From assembly GCF_000143415.4 (NCBI RefSeq), contig NW_003314434.1, forward strand, positions 104,008 to 168,007: a DNA stretch of 64,000 nt. Reading direction: 5' to 3'. The DNA is from Selaginella moellendorffii. Taxonomy: Eukaryota > Plantae > Lycopodiophyta. The translations under genes were made by a program, and so were the position numbers. Each line of letters opens with the position of its first letter. Position 1 is the first letter of the stretch. Shown one piece after another: positions 26,401 to 39,782 of this stretch. A model generated the notes under the pieces. It ran no database searches and was not told where the DNA came from. It saw nothing but the letters and a program-made list of their open reading frames with translations.

Positions 26401-27137
26401 TGGCATTATGCCGAATTATACTTGTTTTCATCTGCAAAAGAAATAGTAATGAAACACAAGTGATCTACTTCTCTGGTGAAGAACCTTGTGGAAGATAAAA
26501 CAAAGGCATTCGGGCATAAATCTTAAGTTCGCCGCTTCTCCCCATATCAGCAAGTACAAGCACAAGGACATTAGATGATCGTCGCCTTTGAAACTGTAAT
26601 GAAGGTGGTGAAGCGACCATAGAAAAAAAGTTTTAGATACCTGTGCTGATCAGATTTAGAGTGCTTATCATCAATCCGAGATTTAGAGTGCTCATCATCA
26701 ATCCAAGACTTAGAGTGCGTATACCAACTCTTGTAATTCTCTAAAGTCTTATTCGCAAGGTGACGAATGGCGGAACTGATATCTTTTTCGTGCGTGTTGG
26801 CAATCAACTGGATAATGTGCTCGCGCTGATTCCTCACATTGTCTTCCTGGAACTGGAGCTGTCATCCATCGTCACTGGGCAAAAAGAAAATCCTGACCTG
26901 GAACTTACAAACGTCTCTGAGGTAATCCAGTATGTCCTCATCTTTTGTGTCATCTATTATCGATTCTCTGACTGTCTTGAGCTTCTTCTTGACGCTGTCT
27001 TCCACCTTGAAAACGAAACGATTAAGCCCGCCGCTGGATCGATCGAAGAAATACCTCGAGCAATTTGCTAGCGTGATCCGTTGCCGAGCTCGCGGCCATC
27101 GCTCCGGCGCCTCGACGATCACTCGGCGAGGAATCAT
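19880..27137 (-). CDS. CALS: Divergent, N-terminally truncated callose synthase (GT48) with C-terminal AlaRS-derived extension, multi-exon
   Basis: FQ|[130 protein letters not shown]; start at 27137 is tentative. Confidence 0.88.
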
Positions 27138-27615
27138 CGAAATAAATAGGATACCCTTAGGGCGCTCGCTTTCCCGCCTCGCTACTCAAAGAGAGCTTTA
27201 CTTCCAATAGACACTTCCTCCATGTGGCGGAATATTCGCGGGCTTAACTAGTGAAAGAATGGTTAAAAGGAAAATTCGGGAGCGTGGCAAAAAAGAGAAA
27301 CGCATCAAACGTACCTGGATGGATGCTTCTGTCAGTGTCAAGAGTCCGCGTAGGGAGGACCTCTCGATCCGACGGCCACGAGCTCCTTAAAACGGCTTCC
27401 TGGCAATGGACGGCTGGAGATTGGGATCTCGCGTTGCGTACAATGCGCGCCCGCTCTTTCCTATCCGGAATGTACAAGTCGCCAAAATCAACGGCAGGGA
27501 TTTCCCTTCGACAGTGATCTTTTCAAATGGCTCGAGCTGCTGAGAAGCTCGCCCAGACGAGTAGCATTTTGTCATGTTTTAGGTTTTCCTAGATCGGGGC
27601 AGGCGGCCGGCAGAA

Positions 27616-30600
27616 ATGGCGTGGCAGAAGGCGCTATCCAACTGGGAGAGGCTTGTGGATGCAGCGCTCCGGCGCGAGCAGCTGCGAGGAACATCAGGTC
27701 TAGCCAGCGAGGGATCGGGCATCGGTGCCACCAGCGATGCGGTGCCGCCATCGCTGCTGCGGGAGACCAACATCGAGACAATATTACAGGCTGCCGACGA
27801 GATCCAAGCTGACAATCCCAGCGTCTCTAGAATCTGTGAGTTCGTGGTGATTTTCATGACTATACTTTCTGAGCTGATGAGGCGCTTCTGGCTGGTCGAA
27901 TTCTTCTCAGTGTGTGAGTATGCTTACACTCTAGCTCAGAACCTGGACCCCAAGAGCGAAGGGAGAGGAGTCCTCCAGTTCAAGACGGGCCTAAAGTCGG
28001 TTATCAAGGTACGCGGCTTCTCTGGTGTTTGTGGGTTTTTTGAGAGGTTTAAGTTACAGCAAAAACTGTCGAGAAAAGAGGGAGAAAGGATCGATCGCAG
28101 TCAGGATATCTCTTTGCTTTGGGAATACTACAAGTACTACCGGCAGAAGCACAACGTTGATGAGCTAAAAGAGCAGGGAAGACAATGGAGAGCAGCTGGG
28201 GACATAGATGCTCAACCGGGAGAGTAAGTTGGTGCTTTTATGTAGCATCTGGGTTTAAACAGTCACATTGAATTTCTTAGATTGAAGATCCAGACGGAAA
28301 GATCGAAAAGGGTCTTCGAAACTTTAAGAGTTTTGAAAGAGGTGCTCGAGGCTCTCACGCAGGCATCGCCAGAAGCAGCAGCCAATATCTCGGAGGAGGT
28401 AAAGTCTGTTTAAATGACGCCACATTCTGAATCGTACTTCGCTATATCAGATGAAAAGAATGATGGAGTCGGATGCTGCAAAAGTGGAAGAATTTAAGCC
28501 TTACAACATTCTTCCTTTGGAGGCTCCTGGAGTAGCAGACGCAATCATATTACTTCCAGAGGTGGAACATACTTTTGCTTTTCTTTATTTTCTTTTCAAA
28601 TGTTCTCGTGGAATACAGGTAAGGGGAGCGATTTCGGCGGTGGAATACACTAGCGACCTTCCTCAGCTACCTCAAAATTACTCCAAACCAAAGCACAGGC
28701 CTATCGATATTTTTGATTTGCTGCACTTCATCTTCGGATTTCAGGTACTCTAGTGCTATTGTGACTCCTCGTGAGTTCCTCCCTCTGGTGTTTATAGACG
28801 GACAATGTAATCAACCAACGGGAGCATCTCCTTCTTTTGCTTGCCAACAGTCAATCAAAATTAGAGGTCTTACACGACAAGGATACAGTAAGATGAATTC
28901 GCGCTCATTTATGATGCGCTGAGCTATTTATTTTTACGCAGCAATTAGATGAAGAGGCGGTCACCCGTGTTTTTGATAGAACCCTGGCAAATTACAACAG
29001 ATGGTGCTCTTTTGTTAGAGCAAGGCCAGTCACTGCGAGGTGTGCAAGTTATCCGTTTTATAAAAGGCCATGCTGCTTACCTTTGTATTTGTATTTTCTA
29101 CAGAGCTCACAATAGGCAAAGAAAGGTGCTCTTGGTATCCTTGTATTTTCTTATTTGGGGCGAAGCGGCCAACTTGAGGTTTTTACCCGAATGCCTTTGC
29201 TACATTTTTCACATGGTCGGTGTGTTTTTCTGTTTTACTTCATTTTTATCTGCGATCACATTTCAGATGACTGAAGAGCTTTACACGATATTGGATGGTC
29301 AACTTGCACAAAGATCAAAAATGTTGACAAACGATTCGGAATACGGGTTCCTTCACAGCGTCGTTTCACCAATTTATGAATTGCTTTCGGCGGTATTACG
29401 TCATCTTCTTGTTGTCTTACGTTTTTCTGAGAATGCTCGCAGGAAGCAGCGAACACGAACGATGGCAAAGCTTCTCATGCTGCAAGTAGAAACTATGACG
29501 ACTTTAATGAGTACTTCTGGTCTGTATCATTTTCTACCACTGACTTCAATTTTTTCATTTCCTTGCTTTCCCTGTGTAGGTCGCATAAGTGTTTTGAGCT
29601 TCATTGGCCATGGAAAAGAAACGGGTCATTCTTCTTGCGACCGAAACCGAAGAAAAGGAATGTGAGTTTTACGTTTTCTGGTGTTTACTATTTTCTAATT
29701 GTTATTGATTAGACTAATCCCGATCTACAATATCGAAAAGGTAGATACGGAGGGAAAGTGCTGTTTGTGGAACATCGGACATTTATACATATGTATCACA
29801 GCTTTCACCGTCTATGGATATTTCTGGTTCTAATGCTTCAGGTTTGAATAATGCCCGGTTTGGTCCGTTCTTTTGATATTTTTATTTAATAGGCCTTGAC
29901 AATCTTCGCATTTCACGAAAATCTTCATCTCGTCACGATAAAGAGGCTACTCAGCCTTGGCCCCACATATGTGGTGATGAAATTTGCACAATGTACGTTC
30001 ATGATGTGTTTCTCCTTGCTAAATTCTCGGGTTTGTGAAGGTGTATTTGATGTTATATTGTTGTACGGAGCATACTCAAGCACCAGCAGATCGGTTCTTC
30101 TAAGAATACTCTTTCGATTCTTGTTCTTCGGCGCGTCAGCTGCTCTTCTTACGATACTTTACGTGTAAGCTTGTTAAAAGTTGATTCTTATCTCTAAACC
30201 AATAAACCTCTAACAACTAACACGAGTTGCTTTTCCAGCCAAGTTCTCAACGAAACGAGCCAGGGTGTATCAGACTCCTCATATTTTAAAATCTACCTTC
30301 TCATAATTGGTGTTTACGCGGCCTTTCACTTTTTTATCAGTGTCATCATGCGCTTGCCTTTCTGCTATCGTGCCGTTTCTGGCCTTGGAGAAGGAGGATT
30401 TGTTCATTTCATTAAGTGGGTCCATCAGGTTTGTCTTCTTCATTTCCTCTATGGAATCCTTACTTCGTGCCGTAGGAGCGTTACTACGTTGGCCGTGGGC
30501 TATATGAATCAGCTGCTGACTTCCTCAGGTACAAAGCTTGTTATGACTTTTGTTGTGCTTATTCATTTCACAGATACTTCGTCTTTTGGATTGTTGTTCT

Positions 30601-33600
30601 GGGAGCAAAGTTTTCCTTCGCGTATTTCCTACTGGTAAAATTCTCTATTCTGTGGCTCCTTTAACTTCGTATATCATAGATACGTCCGCTAGTAAGACCA
30701 TCACGAGCTATAGTTGATGTCAGAACCATCACTTACGACTGGCACGATTTCGTTTCAAAGGGTATGTTTTCTCAGTTGATACAGTCACTAACCGCTGTTT
30801 TATGACAGGAAATCACAATGCTCTGACCCTCGTTTCACTTTGGGCTCCTGTAATACTGGTAACTAAGAACTTTAAACTGTGTTGAGATATTTTTTCTCTA
30901 ACGGATTTCTGTAGATTTACTTTTTGGATACACAAATATGGTATACGGTGTTGTCTGCGCTCGTAGGTGGCCTTAGTGGTGCAAAAGACCGTCTTGGAGA
31001 AGTAAGTTAATTGATTTTCCTTTACGTGGCAGCTTTTGCTTACTAACTATTTTTGTAATAGATTCGTTCCATTACTATGTTGCGTAGGCGCTTTGAAAGT
31101 TTTCCACGAGCTTTTGTAGAAACACTAGTTTCCTCAAAACTGAAAGAAACGTGAGAACTTTTAGTTTTCTTTATTTTTATTAACTTCGTACGTAATTTTG
31201 TTCGTATCTCGCAGAGTTCCAACTATTCCCCCGAGCATGAACTTGACAAATGATGTAAGCCCGACAGCTATTGTTCACTACTCATAGTTTGCATCTTTTT
31301 TAGGATCTTGGAAATAAAGTCAATGCAGCAAAGTTTGCTCCGTTTTGGAATGAGTTTATACTCAGCCTTCGGGAAGAGGACTATATTAGTGACAGGTATG
31401 TGTCAACTTTTTGACGCCATTTAGTGATTTATTGCTGCAGGGAGAAAGACTTGCTTTTGATGCCGGGAAATAACAGCATTCTGCCTCTAGTACAGTGGCC
31501 GCTTTTTCTCCTCGCTAGTAAGGTTGGTGGTTTCTTCAAATGATTGGCAAATGTTGATTTCTATGAACAGGTCTATATTGCTATCGGTATGGCCGAGGAT
31601 CACAAAGGCAACCAGGACGAGCTCCTCGAGAGGATAAGAAGAGAAGAGTACTTGTATTTTGCCATTGAAGAGATCTATCACAGCGTACAATGGCTTTTAA
31701 AAAGATTGCTGCATGATGAGGCTAAGACTTGGTAATTATGACATTTATTTTGTTTATCTGCTGAAACCATTTTGCAGGATAAGGACTATATTTCAAGATA
31801 TTGATAGTATCATCAACGAGGGACACTTTGTTGCACATTTTAATCTTCAAAAGTTGCATGATATACTGGGTAAAGTGACAACGCTTACGGCCGTTCTGGT
31901 ATGCATACAAGCGTTTGTTAAATTTGACAAAATTTATCATTCTCAGATTCGAGATCAAAGTCCAGAGAATCTCAAATCCGCTGTAAAAGCGTTGCAAGAT
32001 TTGTACGAAACTGTGATGCGTGAATTTTTATCTGTTGAGCTAAGGTTCGTTGCTCCATGCTCTTCATAGTTTTCATTCGCTTTTCGAATTAGGGAGAAAT
32101 ATGAGGGATGGGGAGCATTGGTACAAGCATTACGTGAAGACAGGCTCTTTGGAAGAATTTCCTGGCCTCGTCAGGGCGAAGAGGTTCGTTGTGATCGCGT
32201 GTAGATTTTGTTTTGTTTCTGACCTGAAGTCTCAGCGAGATCAAGTAAAGAGGCTTCACAGCTTACTCTCCCTGAAGGAGTCTGCTGTGAACATTCCTCG
32301 CAATTTGGAGGCTCGTCGTCGTCTTCAGTTTTTCACCAACTCCTTGTTTATGAATATGCCAGCACCGTTACCAGTTCAGAAAATGCTCTCGTTCAGGTAC
32401 ATCACTCAAGATCAAGATCCTTGCTCAAGTGCACTGACGATGGCCAAAAACTTTCAGCGTCTTCACACCTTACTACAGTGAGGACGTGATGTATAGCAAA
32501 GATCAACTTCGGAAAGACAATGAAGACGGTATCAGCATTCTTTTCTATCTGCAAAAGATCTTTCCAGGTTCATTTGGAAGCTTGCTCCTTTCCATCGTCT
32601 AATTAGTTTTCTGCAGATGAGTGGCGTAATTTCCTGGAACGGATAAAAATTACTGAGGCCGAGCTCGAGCGGCAATTAAACAACAAATCTCTTGATCTCA
32701 TTGAGCTCCGTCTCTGGGCATCTTACCGAGGGCAGACTCTTGCTCGAACAGGTACAGATATTTATATTCCTGTTGATTATAATCTCCTTGTGCAGTTAGA
32801 GGAATGATGTACTACCGTAGAGCATTGATACTTCAAAGCTTCCTCGAACAATCTGACATAGGAGGTATGTAAAAAATCGCCTTCGCCACGAAACTGAATG
32901 GTTTGCTGTATCGTACAGATGTGGAGGATGGACTATCTCGTAATCACCAAGATTACTTGCTATCTCGTGGAGCTCGAGCTCAATCCGACTTGAAATTTAC
33001 TTATGTTGTTACTTGTCAAATTTATGGCGAGCAAAAGCACAAGCGAGATCAACGAGCTACAGACATCAATTACTTGATGCAGAAGTAGGCTGGGTAATGG
33101 TATAGTGAAAATATTCACCGTTTTTTTCTTTTGTTTTTGACAGAAACGAAGCCTTGAGGATTGCATACATTGACGTTGTAGAAACTTTAAGAGAAGGGAA
33201 AATCGATAAAGAATACTATTCTAAACTTATCAAAACGGATGCAAGTGGCAAGGACCAGGTACGCTCGCTATGCGTTCAACTTTAATCTAATCAGGTACTA
33301 CAGGATATCTACACTATCAAATTACCGGGAAATCCAAAACTTGGAGAAGGCAAGCCTGAAAATCAAAATCATGCGATTATTTTTACCCGTGGAGATGCAA
33401 TACAAACCATAGATATGAACCAGGTACTACTTTGCATTCATTTTCTCACAGACTTACCATTTTATTTTGCAGGACAACTATTTCGAAGAGGCCCTTAAAA
33501 TGCGAAACCTGCTTCAAGAGTTTGACTCGAACCACGGTTTGCGTCCCCCGTCGATCTTGGGTGTTCGTGAACATGTTTTTACTGGAAGGTTTGTTTACTG

Positions 33601-36031
33601 GTTTTTGAAGGATATTTTACTAACCAGTATGTGTTCTTGCAGTGTATCTTCTTTGGCTTGGTTTATGTCAAGCCAGGAAACTAGTTTTGTTACGCTGGGG
33701 CAAAGGGTTCTTGCAAAGCCTCTGAAGTACGTCTATTCTTGGTAGAACTTGTAGTGTTAACAGTTTTTATGCAGGGTGAGAATGCATTACGGTCATCCAG
33801 ATGTTTTCGATAGAATCTTCCATATAACAAGGGGGGGCATTAGTAAAGCCTCTCGGGTCATAAACATTAGTGAGGATATATTTGCAGGTTTGTTATCAAC
33901 TTTTTTTCCGGTCCCATTCTGTTGTAACTTTTCAGGCTTCAACTCAACTCTGCGGCGTGGTAATATTACACATCACGAGTACATCCAGGTTTGTTTCACA
34001 TTTATTGGTAACATACTCTGATTCCATGAAACATCTTAGGTGGGGAAAGGAAGGGATGTTGGTCTCAACCAGATTGCACTCTTTGAGGCTAAAGTCTCCA
34101 GCGGGAACGGGGAGCAAATGCTTAGCAGGGATGTATACCGTTTGGGTCAGCTTTTTGATTTTTTCAGAATGTTGTCGTTCTTTTATACGACTGTGGGTTA
34201 CTACATTTGCACAATGGTAAGGTCGTACTTGGTTTTTTAAGCTCCATTTGATCTTTGTCTTTCAGTTTACTGTATGGACAGTTTACGCCTTCCTCTATGG
34301 AAAAATATATCTGGTGCGTCAAAAACATTTGAAAGTTTCGTGCAAATTGTAACTTTTCGGAGTTCTTGCAGTCTTTATCTGGTGTCGAAGCGAGCTTGAG
34401 GAACACAGCGGACGTTTTGGATAACACGGCCCTTGAGAGTGCTCTGAATGCTCAATTTCTTTTCCAAATCGGTGTTCTTACGGCAGTACCTATGATTATG
34501 GGGCTTGTATTAGAACAGGGGGTGCTTAAGGTAATGCTCTTTAAAACAGCTTCGATGCTCATCTCTACGTGATCGCAGGCAATCATCAGTTTTATCACAA
34601 TGCAATTGCAACTGTGCTCCGTGTTCTTTACGTTTTCTCTCGGAACGAAATGTCATTATTTTGGTAGAACAATTCTGCATGGCGGTGCCAAGGTTAATGT
34701 TTCCGTTGACGTTTATGTGGTCTCGTCTCTAAAAGTCCTTTTGTTTTTGTTAAGTATCGGGCTACCGGAAGAGGTTTCGTGGTTCGGCACATTCCATTCG
34801 CTGAAAACTATCGGCTTTATTCTCGCAGTCATTTTGTAAAAGGGTACGTTGATTATTTTATCGTGGAAAACGCACTCATTCTTGCTTTGACCAGCCTGGA
34901 AGTCGTTATGCTTTTGATCGTATACATGGCTTATGGTGTTTCAAGTGGAACCAGCTACTTTCTCTTGTCGTTTAGCAGTTGGTTTCTGGCCATTTCGTGG
35001 ATGTATGCTCCCTACTTGTTCAATCCGTCCGGCTTCGAATGGCAAAAGTAAGCACAACTGTAATTTTTCTATGGTTGATTATTCCACTGTCTTCGTCTTA
35101 ACTTCAGAACTGTGGACGACTTCGATGACTGGACGAACTGGCTTTTGTATAAAGGTGGAGTCGGAGTGAAAGGAGAAGAGAGCTGGGAAGCATGGTGGGA
35201 TGAAGAGCAAGTAAGAAACTGTTTAAGCCGCTTTCCCGCAAATCTAACCATTCGTGTGTACCATACCAGGAGCACATTCGCACGTTCAGATCCAGGATCT
35301 TGGAAACAATCCTCAGCTTGCGTTTCTTCATTTTCCAGTACGGTGTCGTCTATAAGCTCCATGTTACCGGAACTAGCACGTCCTTGACGGTAAGCTTACA
35401 CTATCTTTTTGTATCATATTACCGTCTGTTCCTCTTGTTCCAGGCTTATGGCGTCTCTTGGGTGGTATTTGCGGCATTCATACTCTTGTTCAAGGTGAGG
35501 TTCTTCCAGCTTCTTGACAGTGTATTGACGATGAACTCTTCCATTCATTGCTTCTCCAGATTTTCAGCTTGAGCCAGAAGACAGCAACAAACATCCAGTT
35601 GTTTCTCCGGCTAATGCAAGGCGTGATTTTCATCCTTCTCCTCGGCGGCTTAATCGCCGCTATCATCGCGTCGACGCTTACAGTGGGAGACATCTTTGCT
35701 TCCGCCTTGGCCCTCCTTCCAACCGGATGGGGAATCCTCTCGGTAAAAAAAGTCTTAGTTCTTTCCACCATCTTACGTGTGTGAGTTCTTCCAGATTGCT
35801 ATTGCCTGGAGACCGGTCATCAAGTTCCTGGGCCTGTGGAAATCGATGCGTTCTTTGGCTCGTCTCTATGACGCTGGGATGGGAACCGTGATCTTCGTCC
35901 CTGTCGCCATTCTCTCGTGGTTCCCGTTCGTGTCTACCTTCCAGAGCCGGCTCCTCTTCAACCAAGCTTTCAGTCGGGGCCTGGAAATCTCTTTGATCCT
36001 TGCCGGCAACCGCCCCAACACATCGACGTAG
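27616..36031 (+). CDS. CALS: Callose synthase, CalS9/CalS10 (GSL10/GSL8)-like, roughly 50 exons
   Basis: [34 protein letters not shown]..|[28 protein letters not shown]; [18 protein letters not shown]; [17 protein letters not shown]; [10 protein letters not shown]; ends [24 protein letters not shown]. Confidence 0.95.
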
Positions 36032-36159
36032 AGCGCTGCCATTCTTTTCTTTTTGTTTCTGGGTTTTGTAACAACAGATAATCGCGATAGGATATAGAAC
36101 AAGTTTCATATCTAGACTTAGGGTTAGGGCAAAACTGGCGAGGGTTTAAAGCGATAGCA

Positions 36160-37539
36160 ATGGCTGATGGAGCGAGAATCGTCCGTGTTCAAGACGGCGA
36201 TTGTGAGGCGCTCTATTTTGGTAGTGCCATTGAAATGGTAAAATTATTCAAGGTAGGATTGCCATTTGGGAAAGTGGTAAGAAATCCCTTGATCCCGAGT
36301 TCTGTGACGATTGTGGAATTGTCCAAGGCAGAGTGGCAGGAGGTATGGGACAACACCACTCCAAGCTTCACACTCACTCGCTGCAGGAACCAGGGCACAG
36401 AGGGTGGTGCCCAGAAAGGGCAAACAGCAGATGGGCATGGCTCTAGTTCCCAAGATGGGCGGGGTGTAACGGATGGCAATGGGGGGCATGCTGCCCAGGA
36501 TGGGCGAGGTGTAGGGGATGGCAATGGCCAGGACGGCAATGGAAGCGAAGGCCAGGATGAGAACGGTGGCCAGAACAGTGGCCAGGATGAGGGTGGAGGC
36601 GGGAGTGAAGAGAGTGAAGAAACTGAAGAAGAAGAAGAAGAAGAAGATCATGGAGCTGGTGAGCTTGAAGTGGTGGTGGTGTTGCGGGGGGCACCCGCTG
36701 GAACTGGCATTATGCAAGATGGGGTCCTCCAGTTAGCAAGATCAACTCACTCGGGACTTGCATTGTCGGCGTCCATGGTGTTCCGCTTTAAGATCGAGAA
36801 TGGTTGGGATGCTATGGAGATGAGCGTTGTACTCAAAGGCGGCTTTGAGACATCTGGGAGGTGTATCGCAAATGACGACCGAGTTGGTGTACTTCATGAC
36901 GACCTTTTGATGGAGTTTGGTGTCGGAGATTCTACTGCTACGGCAACACTGTTGGACACAATGGTGTTTCATGACACTCATGATAAATCTGTGACGAGTA
37001 TATCCTCGACTGCGACAAGCAATGATCACTTGCTAGGCATGCGAATGCAAGGTGGTTATTTGCGGCTAGGGGCATCTGGGGCTCTAGAAGGAAGAGCTGA
37101 GTTCAAGGCCTCCACTGTCTCGACAGAGGCTGCTGAATCAAGCTCCTCAATTAAACTGGCTGGTATTGCTAATACCACATTCAGCGTGCATGAGGTGTCC
37201 AAGAAGCTGAGTGGGAAAATGGCCTTTGTGGCGAATCACAAAAGGCTAGCTCTGTCAGCATGCGTTGGTATGCCATGGTCTGCCCTTACTACAACAAAGG
37301 TTGGAGAGTACTTTGACGAAGAACTTGGCATGGGATGGCCCGCTGAAGTCGGAGGAAAGGGAATGTATATGCTCTGGGGAGGAGGCACATATCCTTATTC
37401 CTTTGACATGGAGAGAAGTGTAGCTGAATGCTCCGATTCGATAGTCTCTGGAAAACAGAGATACAGTGCTGTCGTCATGGTTAATCATGATATCAAGTGG
37501 GACAATCTAAAATGTACGAAATATATGCTTCATCCTTAA
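36160..37539 (+). CDS. Intronless 459-aa orphan protein (Gly/Asp/Gln repeat, acidic tract, beta-rich C-terminal part)
   Basis: Long ATG-initiated ORF with QDGRGV(T/G)DGNG repeats and poly-E; no family recognised. Confidence 0.6.
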   Translation: MADGARIVRVQDGDCEALYFGSAIEMVKLFKVGLPFGKVVRNPLIPSSVTIVELSKAEWQEVWDNTTPSFTLTRCRNQGTEGGAQKGQTADGHGSSSQDGRGVTDGNGGHAAQDGRGVGDGNGQDGNGSEGQDENGGQNSGQDEGGGGSEESEETEEEEEEEDHGAGELEVVVVLRGAPAGTGIMQDGVLQLARSTHSGLALSASMVFRFKIENGWDAMEMSVVLKGGFETSGRCIANDDRVGVLHDDLLMEFGVGDSTATATLLDTMVFHDTHDKSVTSISSTATSNDHLLGMRMQGGYLRLGASGALEGRAEFKASTVSTEAAESSSSIKLAGIANTTFSVHEVSKKLSGKMAFVANHKRLALSACVGMPWSALTTTKVGEYFDEELGMGWPAEVGGKGMYMLWGGGTYPYSFDMERSVAECSDSIVSGKQRYSAVVMVNHDIKWDNLKCTKYMLHP

Positions 37540-38159
37540 CGAAAGAGACGAAAGATGTGTCCACTGTTGGTGAAGCATCTGGAGCCTCGCGAGTGTCGGT
37601 AAGGTTGTCTGTGCGTCTCTTTGGTTCTTACATTGAGGTTATTTTAGGCAGGTGGTCGGCACTGAGCAAGAACCACCTGGAGGCGACGACGAAGAGGACG
37701 ACGGTGGGTGGTTGGGGAGAGTGAAAGATCACCTGAGAAAGATTTGGAGTGAGCTTTAGCTGCCCTTGAATTTCGGTTGTTTTGTAATGGCTCCAAGAAC
37801 TTTTGTACCTTTCTTTGCAAAAGCTTGAAACGCGTGTCGAGGACACACCTATACCAGAGAAAAGCTTTCGTCAAAGAACGCTGCATGCCTCTCTTGTCAC
37901 ACAGCTTTGACTGTCGGAAAGTCTCGACTTCTCCTTCCAGATAGCGTTGCCTCAAGAGGTTGAGCCCCTCGATGCCGCATACCCCAAACACTTCGAAGTC
38001 GGACTGTACGTGCTGAACCATCATCTCCCCCAGGCCCGCCGAGAGCAGACGATCCTCTACTTCCTGTTCACTGGCTTCAGCGATCGCAATGAGAATGTCC
38101 ATCGCACTGCTTCCCACAAAGTTCCGTGCAGTCTTTGAAGAAGGATCCAGCAGTTTAAC

Positions 38160-38690
38160 CAGGCCACCGCACCGACGCCAAGACCTTCACCACCATCTTG
38201 CTGGCCTGCTCGAGCTTGAAACATCCACAGTTGCGTCCACGAGAGCGACGCACAGCAGCTCCAGCATCCGGTGGAATATTGCCACCGCCTCTGCCGCGCA
38301 GCCGTGCCTGCCCGAGGTGGCGGTACTCATCAGGTGGCACGGCGTCGCTGATGTGAAAGCGCTTGCAGCCACGGCGGCATGACCGCCAAGGCCGTGGAGT
38401 TCTTCGTCCCGATGATCCACGGCTACCAAGTTGGCGACCACTGCTCTTTCATGGCGAATCTCCTCGGACGGAAGGATTCATTTGCAAGATGCCGTTTCAA
38501 GCTGCAGCATCGGTGTGGATGACGCTGCTGGGAGCTTGTAGAACTCGAACAAAGGAGGCCAGTGACCAGGTATCCGATATCAACCCCGAGCACGCACAGA
38601 GTTATATAGTGCTCTCCAATGTCTACGAAACAAGACCGTTCGCGAACGAGTTGCTTAGCTCAGTGAGAAACTATAAGAAGTACCTGTCAT
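38160..38690. pseudogene. Scrambled PLS-class PPR fragments on both strands, including an E-domain piece
   Basis: + strand CSHGGMTAKAVEFFVPM and ICKMPFQAAASVWMTLLGACRT..PEHAQSYIVLSNVY; - strand GRHGCAAEAVAIFHRM; frames broken. Confidence 0.7.
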
Positions 38691-38893
38691 GAGTTTTGGT
38701 TACTGTGGAGCGTCATAGGCTCGTTTTGCATCTTCAAGATGCCCATTGCGGGCATATGCACTGAGCAGATTCATCCAGAGGAGTGTTTCATCTTGAAACG
38801 GATCTGATTGTCTTGAGGTCCCGAATCTAAAAGCATCGGAGAAAAGGGCAGGAATTTAGAGAGGAGGAACGAAGGTTAGGTTATCGTTCCGAA

Positions 38894-39782
38894 ATGAGGC
38901 TTTTAGGGCAACGACCAGTGGATAGTCATGAACGAGCAGCGGAGATTGCTGTACAATCGCTCAACATACTCAAAGGCATGTCGGTCAAGGCGCCAGATCC
39001 TGGGCGGCTGGATGAGTGCCTCACATGTTTGGCGTTTAGTTCATGGCAAGGGATGTCGAAGCAGGAAATCTTGGGCACGCTGCTGCGTTTAGGGGTAACA
39101 GTCGATTACTTAGCTTCGAAGCACAGGGTTCTTCTGAGCAGGCTGACTGAAAGGCCAGTGGAGAAGCCGCTCCCCTCAGTCGATGATCACAAGCCACGCC
39201 GCAGCTTGCAGCAAGCTAAGCAGGAGAAGCAGCAGCTGCTGAGTTTCTACAAGCTGCTGGATGCATGGAAGCCCAGGCAGCCAGTGCCGTGGCCTGCTGT
39301 TGGAGAGGAGCAGTGGCAATGACTTCTTCATCTTCAACAATCTGTTCATGAGCTGCTCGATGAGGGGATTCCAGATGCTGGCGATCCAACTGACAATGAA
39401 TAGTCAGTACCTAGATGCGCTCAAGAGAAAGGCGAGCAGTAGCAGCGGCAGCCTGGCCTTACTCCTCGAGTTCTTGTCGCGCTTCCTTGAGCTCATGTTG
39501 GGAGGAATCCTGTTACGGATGAGGGACCTGCGCCTCGTGTTCATACACTGGTGCGCCGTGTTGCTGGAGGAAGTGGAGGTTGCCGAGTCCAACATTTGCT
39601 GGAAGCACCTCATCGAGCTCTCCACCACGCTTCTCAGCGAGGACGAGGAGAAGCTGTTGCAGCTCCTCTGCAAAACCTGCCACCCCACCAATCACCTCCT
39701 CCAGGGCATGCGGGTTGCTAGGAAGAACACCAACGCAGAAATTAGATCACACGGCCCGAATATTGTGAATGTTTTGTATTAA
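38894..39782 (+). CDS. Unassigned Leu-rich coding-like region in two overlapping frames (possible frameshifted gene fragment)
   Basis: ORFs 38894-39322 and 39261-39782; GC-rich island before AT-rich DNA; no family recognised. Confidence 0.3.
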
